A stretch of DNA of 64,000 nucleotides from the human T2T-CHM13v2.0 reference genome, Homo sapiens. The stretch's first letter is position 1, and every line of letters starts with the position of its first letter. Below are positions 42,147 through 58,509 of the stretch, piece after piece. The DNA is taken from NCBI RefSeq assembly GCF_009914755.1, contig NC_060937.1. One strand, given 5' to 3'. A program made the position numbers and the translations under genes. Below the pieces are notes generated by a model that did not search any database, was not told where the DNA came from, and worked only from the letters and a program-made list of their open reading frames with translations.

Positions 42147-43129
42147 TTCTAAGTCTGTCACTAGCTTTGAAAAAAATAATAAATTTTAAAAAAAGGAAAA
42201 GTCCTCAGATTGAAGGATCATCAAGTGTTAATCCAGGTAAATTTTTAAGTTCCACACCTAGACACATTATTGCAAAATTTCAGAACATGCAGGATTTTTT
42301 AAAATTCTAAAAGCTACCAGACACATCTTCAAAGGAGTAAGAAATGGATTAACATCAGACTTCTCATCAATAATGAAAGAATACCTTCAAAGTGGGCAGA
42401 GGAAAAACACTTCAGACCAAAATATCTATATCTGACTGATGATCCAAGAGTTCAGGAATAGAAGCGTAAGAGAAATAAAGACATTTTCAGACTATTAAGT
42501 AATTATTTAGATCAGCAAATCCTGTTGATTCTATTTCTAAAAGCATATCCCAAATATGATCACTCCACAGCTACCATCCCATTACAGGAAGTCTCCTGAG
42601 GAGCTGCTCACTTGCTTCCACCTTTGCCCCCTTAGAGTGAATTATCCACCCAGCAGTCAAAGTGATCCTCTTAAAATATAAATATTATCATCACTCTGCT
42701 CACACACCCCCCATCACACTCACAACAGAACCCAACCTCCTGGCCCCAGCCCAGGGAGCCGGCCCCTTGCTCCCCACATTGCACTCCTGCTATTCCTGGA
42801 ACACACCAAGCTCACCTCCAGCTCGGCACCCAGCTCTCTCTTCTCCACATCCTCTAAGGACTCACACCCCCCCATCTTTCTGTCCCTATTCTAGCTAAAG
42901 CAGACACAAGCGCACTGTGTCAGCAAGGATCCAGTGAATGCCTGCATAGTGGGGAAAGGAACAAAATGAAATCTAAAATGTTTTGTGGGGTCACAGGGTC
43001 GGGGTAGTTTTTATTTTTCTCCTTATATTTTTCCACTTTCTGAATTTTTACACTGCGTATATATTAATTTTACGAATATTAAAAGTATCATTGAAAAGTT
43101 TCCTTTAAAAGTTGTGTCACTATTTAAGA

Positions 43130-43425
43130 ATTTTTTTTTTTCCCAGACAAGGTCTCACTCTGTCGCCCAGGCTGGAGTGCAGTGGTAAGATCTCGGCTCC
43201 CTGCAACCTCTGCCTCCTGGGCTCAAGTGATCCCCCACCTCAGCCTCCCAAGTAGCTGGGACTACAGGTATGTGTCAACACATCCAGCTAATTTTTATAT
43301 TTTCTGTACAGACAGGGTCTTACCATGTTGCCCAGGCTGGTCTCGAACTCCTGGGATCAAGCAATCCTCCCGCCTTGGCCTCCCAAAGTGCTGGGATTAC
43401 AGGTGTGAGCCACCGTACCCAGCCA
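43130..43425 (-). mobile_element. Alu (AluJ-type)
   Basis: Poly(T) followed by reverse-complement Alu with J-type features (CAAGGTCTCACTCTG, GGGCTCAAGTGATCC). Confidence 0.9.
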
Positions 43426-45867
43426 GTAAAAATTATTTTTAGGTTACCATTTTCACACTCAAGTACATCACATAAATATCCCCAATCCAAATGTTTTATA
43501 TACTTTTCAACTTTCTCATACCAAAAAGTTAGGAACTCTTCAATGCCAGAAACACTCTCCTCTTCACCTCCTCACTTTCTCTGCACCTCAGATGGATGTC
43601 ATCATTTCACCCCCACTTACCTCTTCAGCCACACCTGAGTCTCCCTGTCCTCTTACCAACCAAATTTCCAGTTTATCCTTCTTGCTGATTATAAAATATT
43701 TTTAAAAATCCAACTGTTACCTCTTAAACCAAATCTACTTAATCTGTGCTTCAGAGGGAAAAGCACAGAATCCAGACTACTAAAGAAATTAGACATAGCA
43801 ATCATTCCTTGTTTAGTGAACCTGCAATCAAAGAATAAGCTGGGAAAAAATCAAGCAATGTCCACTACACGCTTCTGGTTTAAATACTCCCAAAATACTG
43901 TTCAGTGTTTAAAGTATAACTAAACTCAATCAGTAATTCAATGAATAACTCCTAAATACTTACTACAGGCCAAACACGTCAGGCCCTAACAATATGATGT
44001 ACAGTGGTTAATGAGACAGACGTAGAACATAACAAATGTGGCACATAAGTACCCAAGGCAGACTGTGATAAGAGCGTCAAAGAAAATGAGGGCACTATGA
44101 CAGCTCATGACCAGGAGGACCTCGTGAAGTAGATGCTGAGGGAAGGCCTTGCAGGAAACACCGTTAGCCTGGCAGCCAAGGCTGCCACGTGAGGAGCCCA
44201 GGGACCAGAGAGGGGAAACCACAGGGAAGGGCGGCACTGGACACTGCTGCTGCAGGGAGGCCGTGCCACAGGGCTCTAAATGCCACTCAGTCAGTCACTC
44301 CATCGAGAGCCCCAGGTGACAAGGTCCAGATGTAGATCTCTGATGATTCTGCTTAATGCAAGAGTGAAAAATAGAGTACTCCATTTTTTTGGCCACAAAT
44401 CACCTAAGGAGAGGTCTAGTTCTCCCACCTCTAATCTGCTCTGGGTGTGTGAGGGGTGGGCAGTTCTCAGGTTCCTGGAAGGGGAGTGAACACTCCTCTG
44501 ATGATCCTCTGAAATTATTTCAATGAATGCAAGGGCACACTGCCTGACCAGAGAGCAGTGCTGCTGAGTTGTACACTCTAAACACAAGAGCGGATAGAGG
44601 TGAGAAGCCATCCCACAAGCTGGGCCATGACTTATTGTCTCTATCGAGCACACAGAGAAATTCGCCATCAAATTCAACACTTAAGAGCCGGGGTGAATTA
44701 ATTCAAAATATCAAGCTGTAGAATCAGAACTTGGGTTCCAACCTTGGCCCCGCAATTTACTAGCTCGATGATAGTGAGCAAACTACTTAATCTCTCAAAG
44801 TCTCAGTTTTCTCATCTAGAAAATGAGGTTCACCATAATTCTACCACAGTATAAGCACAACATCCAGCATATTTTAAGTTTTATATAAATGTTAGCTATT
44901 CGTATTGTTATTAACCTGAAAATATTAAATACATACTATATCTGCTACAGCCATTAGAATCACAACTCAAAAAATGCACCCAATTTTTAACCTTGAGCAA
45001 GATAATTTGGTCTTCATCTTGAAGACTACAAATAGAGAACAAATTAAGCCTTCAACAGATTCGATGAGATTGGTTTTCTAGAAAGGACCCTCTGACTGAA
45101 GAGGAGAAGAGGAACTAGAGGAGATACAAAGCCAAGGCAAGACCCTCAGCTGGAATTGCGTTCAGTCCCAAATGTGAAGGCTCCAGAGACACCTGGATGT
45201 GGGCCCAAGAGCTTTTAAACAAAAAAGTTGCCCTTTGTATCCCCAAAAGATTCTATATACACTCAGGTTAAAGATGACAACTGAACTTCAAGATGCACAA
45301 AAATAAATTCGACTCAAGTGAATACAGAAACTCCACAGTTGTGTGTTTCTCAAGATTCAAAAAACAACTGCGGAAAAGTTGAACTGTTTGGGGAGACCCA
45401 AGTTTCTGCCTTCCTGTTTCTTGTCGACAGCGTGGACTATATGTTCCACACTTCTGCTTTTCTGAAGGATGGGGGAGGGGTCAGGAGGGCGTTGGGAGTA
45501 AGCCACAGTGCTTAGTAGAGGAACAGAGCACATACACTAGCCACCCTTGACTCCAGATGCAAGTCAGAGTAACTTATCACGCATTTTAATGTTTCGGATG
45601 CCAAGCTCCAACAGACACCTACAGGATCAGAAGCCCTAGAGATGAAGCCCACAATATTAATTCTGAGTAAGTCCCACATTTAGAGAGTTTAAAATGAAAA
45701 GGCATGAAGTTAGATACCATAAAAAGTCCTGTTCTCAACCATTGGCCACCAGCTCCCCTTCCCACAGGCAATCAACGTTATCAGGTTCTTGTGAAATCAC
45801 AGGCGATTCCAATGCATGGCTCTAGTTGAAAAGCAATGCTCTAAAACAACAAAAACATTACTCTAGA

Positions 45868-46740
45868 TGCGTGGTTCTCAAACTCTTTGGTCTCAGGGCT
45901 TCTTTACACTATTACGATTGAGAACTCCAAAAAGCTTTTGTTTATGTAGGTTATATCTATCCACAGTTACCATATTAGAAATTTAAGCCAAAACAATTTT
46001 TAAATTTTAACTTATTGAAAAATAGTAAATCCATTAAGTACAACTTGAAACAAAGCCTGAAACTCTGAAGTTTTAATACACATCTAATGTATATCTTAAT
46101 ATACATGTAATACACATTGATCTTCCCAAGAATGTAATTATATAACCAAAGGAAGATCACATGGTATTTGGAACTTCATCAAAAGCTCTTTACCATTTTG
46201 GAAAATCATGAAACCAATAGCAACACCACTTGTGGTACTGAATCACCAAAACAATAATCCTTTATCTTCTGATAGTGGCTTGTAGGACACTCATAGAGGT
46301 CTTGCATATTATGGCAATCATCTTCGAATATGCTGTGTACTGTAGTCATACCTGAACATTTATGATGAAATACTTATCTAATATAAATTCCTCTTTATGT
46401 ATTCTTTACCTCATAGTTAGAAAAAGGATTACAAAGTAGCTATGAAAAGAAGTGTTACCTCTGACAGATTTGAACATTAACATCAAGCACACTGTTTCCA
46501 ATGATAAGAATAATTACGCAAAGACATAATAAATAAATGTGCTCCCAGGAGGGGCAGGGATATGGAGACAGGATTTGACTATGACTGGCTGGCAGTATGT
46601 GTTTCAAGCAAATTCACAGATGTTATAAGTTGGAAAAGGTGGTAAATCATGGTCATGCTAACTTTGTAAAATTGTCAAGCACCATTATATGTAGGTGCTT
46701 TGCTTCTGAAGGTCCCTTGAAGTCAACTGTATAATTTTTT
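45868..46740. mobile_element. Charlie1-like hAT DNA transposon fragments
   Basis: Terminus GTGGTTCTCAAACTCTTTGGTCTCAGG...AGCTTTTGTTTATGT resembles the recalled Charlie1 end; extent uncertain. Confidence 0.55.
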
Positions 46741-47156
46741 AAAAGATACCTTATAAAAATGTGATTCATATGAAATTCTCATTAAAAGTAACAAGTACCT
46801 ATTATGCCTTGATTTCATAGTACTAAAAAAAATGTATTACAAAAGCATAAGGCCAATTGTAATATGTCATCAAAGAATAAGGTAATTAATCAAATATTCT
46901 ATGGAGTTACCAGATAAAATGCTCACTAATCAAATTTTTAACACCAAATATTGTAAAGGTAGTAATTAATATTGCTCCTTTGCTCACTAAGGTATAACAA
47001 ATGAAAGAACAAGGTAAGCTACTATTTATAAATTCTTCAGTAAATAGCAGCATAATTTAAAATTATATCATAAATGCTTGACAATCCTAGCTATCTAGAA
47101 CATAGCAAAAAGAGCATCACCTTTAATGGACTTCATGACATAATTTATTCAGAGAG

Positions 47157-47466
47157 GGCCGGGCGCAGTGGCTCGTGCCTGTAATCCCAGCACTTTGGGA
47201 GGCCAAGCGGCAGGGGGGTGGGGTGCAGATCACTTGAGGTCAGGAGTTGGAGACCAGCCTGGCCACATGGTGAAACCCCATCTCTACTAAAAACACAAAA
47301 ATTAGCCAGGAGTGCTGGCATACACCTGTAATCCCAACTACTTGGGGGGCTGATGCAGGAGAATCACTTGAAGGAGGCAGAGGTTGCAGTGAGCCCAGAT
47401 CATGCCACTGCACTCCAGCCTAGGTGACAGAGCAAGACTCCATCTCAAATAAATAAATAAATAAAT
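47157..47466 (+). mobile_element. Alu (AluS-type) with (TAAA)n tail
   Basis: TSD ATTTATTCAGAGAG; small G-rich insertion in the left arm. Confidence 0.92.
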
Positions 47467-47636
47467 TATTTATTCAGAGAGGACCCTGTCAGGATCTGAG
47501 AGCCCACTTTTAGACACAGTTCTAAATGGGAAGATAGTAGGATACAGAATTTTGCTGAAAAGAAGCTTTTCAGTCTCTTAGAAGGGACAAAACTTTTATA
47601 TCAAAGAATCTTCAATGTAAAAAAAAAAAAGTTTTT

Positions 47637-47933
47637 GGCTGGGCGCGGTGGCTCACACCTCTAATCCCAGCACTTCGGGAGGCCGAGGCGGGTGCATCAC
47701 GAGGTCAGGAGATCGAAACCATCCTGGCTAACACAGTGAAACCCCGTCTCTACTAAAAATACAAAAAATGAGCCAGGCGTGGTGGCGGGCGCCTGTAGTC
47801 CCAGCTACTCGGGAGGCTGAGGCAGGAGAATGGCATGAACCCGGAAGGTAGAGCTTGGCAGTGAGCCGAGATCACACCACTGCACTCCAGCCTGGGCGAC
47901 CAGAGTGAGACTCTGTCTCAAAAAAAAAAAAAA
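47637..47933 (+). mobile_element. AluY
   Basis: AluY diagnostics, poly(A). Confidence 0.92.
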
Positions 47934-49099
47934 GTTCTTAGGTTGAGAAATATCATTCTAGCTCATGATGAATGAATTTCAAAATCCAATTATAACAATG
48001 GGAATGTATGAATGTGTGGTTTATCCCTAGAAAAAAAAACTCTGGAACCACTGGTATAAGGAAAACACTGACATTAAGGTGGGTAAGTCCTAACAATCTT
48101 AGTTTTATCTGATTCCCCCTATGACGAGGAACATGAAACATGAGAAAGGAAACTCAGTCTGCTAATGACAAAAACAAACGATGGCAGGCCATGCTCATAC
48201 CTCAAGACCTTTCCACTGGTTCTCTCTACTCAGAACCTTCCCCAGATGTTCAAATGGCCCTCCCTTACTCCATTCAGGTCTCTTTAAATATCTCAGAGGC
48301 TTTCCCTCACCTGCCTCTTCCCTCTCTATTCCTTTACCCTACTTTTTCGCCACAGTACTTATTGCTAATTAACATGGCTGGTTTATCATCTGTCTCTTCC
48401 AGTAGAGTGTCTGTCAGATCTGTGGGAGGAATGACTTGTGCATCTGCATCACCAGCACTTAGCACAGTTCCCGGGGGGAACTTTGAGGACGGGGTTGTCC
48501 TCAAAGATTTCTTAGATAAATAAAGTGATAGAATCAAACTTTACAAGATGCAGCAAGAACTGTGTGAAGTCACTCATTTAATAGCGACACAAAATTATTC
48601 ATGATTGCCCCAAGATTATCATAGAACATCCAATGAATTATGTACAGTAATTGTCATGAAGCATGAAAGGTCAAAATGCATTCTCAGTACTTTAAATGTA
48701 ACTTTGAAGTCTTCCTTCAAAAATTGAGTAACTTCTTTTCCACATTTTGGTGCTTAAGATGTAACTCAGTTGCTTCCATTACTCAGAAAATTCCCTCATG
48801 GTGCATCCTCACTCTCTGCCCCACCAACCTGGCCAAAACAAGGAGCAAGAAATGGCATCCTGTACCATTTCTTTCAAAGTACCTCGACTACAAAATGGTT
48901 TTACCTACCGTATAGGATTAGTTTTGCTTATTAGTAACAATATTCGCCATGTGAACTTTCCCAGAATAGTTTTATATCAAATCCAACCTTCAACCCTTTA
49001 AACAGTAGGAAAACACGGCAGTTACAGTCGTTAACACCCTCTTCCCATAATACTCAAGCCTGTTAAACTTTCCTAACGAAAAGGGACGATGATGTGACA

Positions 49100-50340
49100 C
49101 TCCAGCACCCCGCATCCACCTCCGCGGCGCAGCCGCTCTCTCTACCCCACAGGATGAACCCAAAGGCGCGCAGAGGCGCCCTCCCACGGCGCGTGACACC
49201 AGAGAAGGGGGATAAATTGGCGAGCTGGCATTCCTCCCGTCCTCACTGACGGACCCGCGAGCGGAGTGAGCGGTGACTCAGCCCGCTCCGGCTCGGCTCC
49301 GCCCTCCCGCCTCCCGCCCCGGCGTTCTCGCCCCGGCCTTGGCCTCTCCACTCCCTCCGCCCCGGTCCTGGCCCCCAGCCCTCCGCTGTCCTCCCCGGCT
49401 CCCTGACCCTCGAACCCCAGCCCTCCGCTCCCTCGTCCGGGCCCCACGTCCTCGGCCCGTCCCCCAGCCCTCTGCCCGGCCCTGCATCCTCGTTCCTCCA
49501 GCCCCGGAACGTATTAGGGCTGCACGCGCAGGGAGCAGCCCCCGGGACGGGTCTGCGGGCTTCGCGTCGCCCGGCCACTCTACCTTCGCTCCTGCCCAGG
49601 ATCCTGCAGCACAGGTTCTGCAGCAGAACGTTCGGCGACTTCTGGTCCGGGGTCGCCATCCTCGCCCGGAGCCGTGCACGGTGGTCCGGGCAGAGCCGCC
49701 ACTGCCGCCGCACGCGCAGGGACCGCGGCCCGCGCCCTTCCTGCGCCCCGCAAGCTCCCTGCTCCTGACAGGCTAAGGCGCGGGCGCCGCCGGCCACCAG
49801 GGCGCCATTTTAACGGAACCCGCCGAAAGCGCGGGCGCTTCCCACAATGCCCCGCTTCTTCCCTGCGCCGCGGCCGCGCGTGCGGCTGCCTAAGCGTTCC
49901 CGGCCCTGTCTGGTGCATTCCCCCTGCTGCTGCCCGGTCGGCCGAGAAAGTTCCGGGCGACAGGTGGCCCGAGGCCCTCGAGCTGCGCGGACAGAGCGGC
50001 CCCGGAGTCGCGAGCGTGACGGGCTTGCTTGGAGGGCACTTGGTGGCCGGTAGCACCATAAAGGCCATAATTTGGTGTGTGGGTGTGGGGGTGTGTGTGT
50101 TAACGGCATTGGTTTGATTCACACTTCTGATGAAAGAAGCCTGTTTAAAAAAGAAAAGAAAAAAGAAGCCTGTTTAAAGGGTGCAGGGTGTTACGATTGT
50201 TAACGTGCAGTGGGCAGTTCACCTGCTACGCTATCCAACAGGCGCCCTGCTCAGGCCCGACCTCGCACTGCCGCGCGGGCCGGTCCCCCGCGGCCCGGGT
50301 AACTGGGACGTCCTGGGAAAATAAATTAATCACGTACGGA
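49100..50340. promoter_or_regulatory. CpG island / TATA-less promoter of TUBGCP3
   Basis: Abrupt GC- and CpG-rich stretch spanning exon 1, against a CpG-depleted background. YY1 motif CGCCATTTT ~49803-49811, ZNF143-type TTCCCACAATGC ~49839-49850, NRF1-like GCACGCGCA ~49710-49718. Confidence 0.9.
49584..49659 (-). CDS. TUBGCP3: TUBGCP3 coding exon 1 ([25 protein letters not shown]+1 nt)
   Basis: ATG at 49659 in context AGGATGG; donor AG/GTAGAG; 76 nt. Confidence 0.97.
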
Positions 50341-50639
50341 GTGAGAGAACAGGAAACCTGCCGAGAAAAAGATCGATAAGCAGACAATTACACCAAGCCA
50401 ACTTCAGTGCAATCGTTAAAGCTTACACATGGGTGCACGCTTGGGAGCCGTGAGCTACCATGTTAAAAGGCCAACTTCCTAAGGAAAAATGATGGAAAGA
50501 GATCCCGAGATCCTATGAAATGGAAGAGGGAGGACAACCCAGCTATCCCAACATCCCAGCTGAGGCCAGCCACACACGTGACTGTCTGCAAAGCCCGTCG
50601 GGCCTGGGTCCAGCTCAGGTTGCAGAATTGTTGGCAAGT

Positions 50640-53600
50640 AAAACGTTTGTTGGCGTTCTGACTCAAAAACATGGAGACAAAGCAGACTTGTAGGGTATTA
50701 CAGTCAACAACTAGACCCTACAGCTAAAGGACTGTCTCCTTGCATGATGCAACAACCATCACAGCTCTGCAAGAGCAACCAAACCACCAAGGATGCGATC
50801 ACCCCTCACTGCCTTCGATACGCATTCTGTGGAAACGCTTCTAAACTTGCATCACACTCAACACGATCAGTTAGTAACTGGCTTCTCATGAAGTTATTCT
50901 CTCAGCCGCATACTACAATGTCCAGATGTCATCTAAATCCTGCCACCCTCTCCCCCACCTTCAGCTGAAACGCTGCATGACTGCATCATCTTACCTGACC
51001 AGCTCTCTCCTAGGACAGACATGCAAGAACCCCCCTCACTAACGCTGATGTTATTTGGTTTACAGATGGCTCTTACTTAAAGATGCAGCTGGAAGGTATT
51101 ACACTGGTTATGCCATAGCGTCTTTGCCCAAAGAAATAGAAAGTGCTTGTCTTCCAGGAGCAAACATCTCAACAAGCAAAGTTAATAGCATTAATTAGAG
51201 CCTGTCAGTTGGCAAAAGGAATAACTGCTAATCTTTATACCAATAGCAGGTATGCTTATAGAGTAGCTCATAACTTTGGAATGCTATGGAGACAAAGGAT
51301 TTTTAACCTTTTCTAGTCAGCCCACAAAAAAATGGGTGCCTTGTTTCAGAATTATGGCAAGCCATACTATTGCCAAAATCATTAGCCATTATCAAGATTC
51401 CAGGCCATTCAAAGACACTCAAAAAAGCAAGATAAGCCAGTTAGCAGGTAGTATAGCAAACAGGGTGGCCATAAACATATCTGAACAAAAAGATCAAACC
51501 ATTTTGGCCTTTAAGGAAGTTAGATTTTTATGTAAAATTAGCTCAATCTAAATCTCCAAAAACAGGACGAGAAAATTGGGAAACAAAAGTGGCACATGCG
51601 CTTCTGAGACTGATGTACGGTTTGACCAAATGTTCTACTCATACTTCCAACTAAGTTACAACCATCTTTCTTTTTTTTTTTTTCTTTTTCAGATGGAGTC
51701 TCGCTCTGTTGCCCAGGCTGGAGTGCAATGGCGTGAACTCCACCTCCTGGGTTCACGCAATTCTCCTGCCTCAGCCTCTTGAGTAGCTGGGACTACAGGC
51801 ACCCGCCACCATGCCGGGCTAATTTTTTGTATTTTTAGTAGAGACGGGGTTACACTCTGTTAGCCAGAATGGTCTCGATCTCCTGACCTCGTGATGTGCC
51901 CGCCTCGGCCTCCCAAAGTGCTGGGATTACAGGCGTGAGCCACCGCGCCCGGTCCAGCCATCTTTCTTAACGTGCATACACGATGTGACTCACTGGAGCC
52001 CTGATAAGATTATTGATTTCTTGAGGAGAACAATGTTGTCGGAAACCTTCTCCAACTGTTGCTCACGGGTATACAGTCAGGGCTGTCTTCCCAGAATGTA
52101 ATGCAAGGAAACCTTGACCCAGTTCTCCATGTCATTTTCCTTTACCAGAAGGCCCTTTCGAGGTATGGCAACTAGATTTTTTCAGCTACCACCATCACAA
52201 AGATACAGGCACATCCTAGTGATGGTTTGTGTATTTTCTCATGGGTAGAAGCATTTCCATGCAGAAGAGCAGCAGCCTTGGCGGTAAGTAAAATTATCTT
52301 AGAGAAAATTATTCCGATTTGGGGAGTTCCTCAAGAACTTTATAGCAACAGAGGCACTCATTTCACTGCACAAATAATCCAGTTAGTATGCAAAATCTGG
52401 CCCATTTTCCAGCATTTCCATTGTGCCTATCACCCCAGTCATCTGGGTTAGTAGAATGCACAAGCAGAATAATCAAAACTCATTTGGCAAAATTAACTGA
52501 AGTTTTAAAACTCCCTTGACTGGAAGCTCTTTCTTGTTTTTGCTTCACCTAAGATCAGCCCTTATGGGTAAACACCAACTGTCTTCATCTGAAATTATAA
52601 CGGACAGACCTATGAAATTGTCTCCAGGAAATTGTAAATCGATGATATTAAAAAGGGACAGGTTGTATTATTGCAGCAGCCTCATAAGGCACCTAAGTAA
52701 AAACTGTTATTTAGTAAAAGATTCTTTCCACAGTGAGCTCCAAGAAGCAAAAACTCAAGGAACACATACTTCAGCCAGGAGACTTTGTAGGAAACAGCAT
52801 CCTTTAAAGGACTTTCTCCACCAAGGAGGAAGGAACCTTATCAGGGACTCCTAACCAACCCTTGTGCCACTAAGCTTAAAGGAGTTGATTCCTGGATACC
52901 TGCCACCCATGCAAGGAAAGCTGCTTTGTCAATTTGGACTTCATCTCAAATTGGTGATCTAAAACTAAAACTCTCCAGAACCAACAAGGATGAGAAGAAA
53001 ACAACATGTGAGGCGATCAGCCTTCTCAAGACACCTGACCAGGCCTGTATCTAGACAAACCCTTAATATAATCATCGTCAGTAGATGAGGAAGGTCTTCC
53101 TTTACAAGTTCCCACCACACTTCCTTCTTTTTGTCCCTAGTTCTTCTGTTTTGTTGCTACCATCACCAGCCATTGCCCATGAAACAAACATCTTCTTGCA
53201 GTAGGCTTGGGCCTGTGCTAGTAAATTACAGGACAACACTCGTTAGGTGTGTGGCCTTGCGCCCCTTTCTGGTGGTTCTGGCCTACCATGGTGGCAGCTC
53301 CTCTTCAAGGACAAGAGTAGACAGAATATCAGAAATGTGTCTGTGTTTCTCAGGACAGTCATTGGTGCTTAGCACTAGTATGATGAAGGCAAGTGTGAAT
53401 CACTGGCCTATGAATGATACTTTACAAAGCAAAAGCCATAGGAAGAGCTTTCCAGTAAAAGTCCACATACCTTAATGCTGGTACTACACCAGCTGAGAGA
53501 TTAGACCACTCAATATCGGGATGGCATAACACAAACTTGGGATGGTTTCACCTGACTTACCCTCTCTTTGGGTCAACTTAGTTCACGTGCCCCTTTACAT

Positions 53601-53860
53601 TGGGAACAAAAGAATCATATCAAAGATCCCTGGCCCAGGAGCACTGGAGATACGGGATGGAACCCAGAGAACAGTGCATCTACACCATTGTGTTACAGAG
53701 TCCTGGCTGGCATGCCACTGAGTGGGCATAGTGACCGGGTGTTTACTGGTTGGCTCCAGATGGAACATCTGGACTCTGTGATAATGACCTATGGCCATGG
53801 TTACCCCCAAGGTGGCCAGGACACCATTCTCTGCATTATGCCTGGACATAGGATGGAATA
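50640..53860 (+). mobile_element. Degenerate ERV1-class internal region: pol (connection, RNase H, integrase) and env SU remnant; no LTRs seen
   Basis: Translated fragments GYYSQQLDP, DVIWFTDGSYLK, PFEVWQLDF, FSWVEAFPCRRAAA..KIILEKIIPIWGVP; env-like APLHWEQKNH and LWPWLP; many stops and frameshifts. Confidence 0.88.
51667..51954 (-). mobile_element. AluY (small internal deletion) inserted in the ERV pol
   Basis: Poly(T) plus reverse Alu; TSD CCATCTTTCTT. Confidence 0.92.
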
Positions 53861-54689
53861 GTTCACAACCGACATAGATAGTAGATAAAACTAGGTAGTC
53901 TGAATAATTCAAAGTATGGACTTTGATTCATAATGCTTCAATACTGGTTCTTAAATGTAACAAACAACACACTTTTAATCTGTGCATTGTGAGGTGCTGA
54001 GCGAGAGGGGCCGGCTGCCAGGTGCCGGGTGGTGGGTGGGTCAAAGGCCAAACGCAGGTTCCACCAGGCAGGTGTCACTCCCGGCAGGAGTAGAAACCAG
54101 AGGCCTCATTGAGAGTGCCAGCCCCCACCCTGGTGTTTCATTTTCCCCCACGGCACTGGGTGAAGGTTAGGTGTGTCTGTGAAGACAGCAGTGAAGGGAT
54201 ACTGTCTCACTGCCCAGAGAGCCCCTAACAAAAGGTTTCTGCCATTCTATGGCCCTGGAGTCAGGGGAAGAGAGAGAGGGAGGCAGCTGAGAGTGGAAAA
54301 GTGCTGAATGCAAAGTCAGAGTGGGAAAAATGTCTTCCAGGCCCCCTGAAAAGGAGGCTTTGGCAGAGATACCTAAGACAGGCCTCAGCCAAGGGACCCA
54401 TGTGGTCTCGGAAGGGAGGTGCCTGGGTTGGGCACAGGGGATACCCAGGGCACCCAGGTCCTTCCCCGCAACAGCCTTCAGACACGGCAGTGCACTGGCC
54501 ACACACCATGAGGCAGCCAGGTGGGGCCTTTGTCATCACCCGTGGTCAGACCTGAAAGATCCCACAGGGCATTTGGGCTGCAGCCAGCCAACTTTCCAGG
54601 CAGCATGTTGCATTCCAACTCTGTTTCAATAAAACTAGTTTCGAAAAAGAAAGAAACATTTCAAAATATTGACGGGATGCTGCTAAGTT

Positions 54690-56188
<1,499 letters not shown>

Positions 56189-56189
56189 T

Positions 56190-58505
<2,316 letters not shown>

Positions 58506-58509
58506 CATT

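Noticed and set aside
49142-50122. Several long overlapping ORFs at the promoter
   Set aside because: Expected in GC-rich CpG islands; only 49584-49659 is supported as coding
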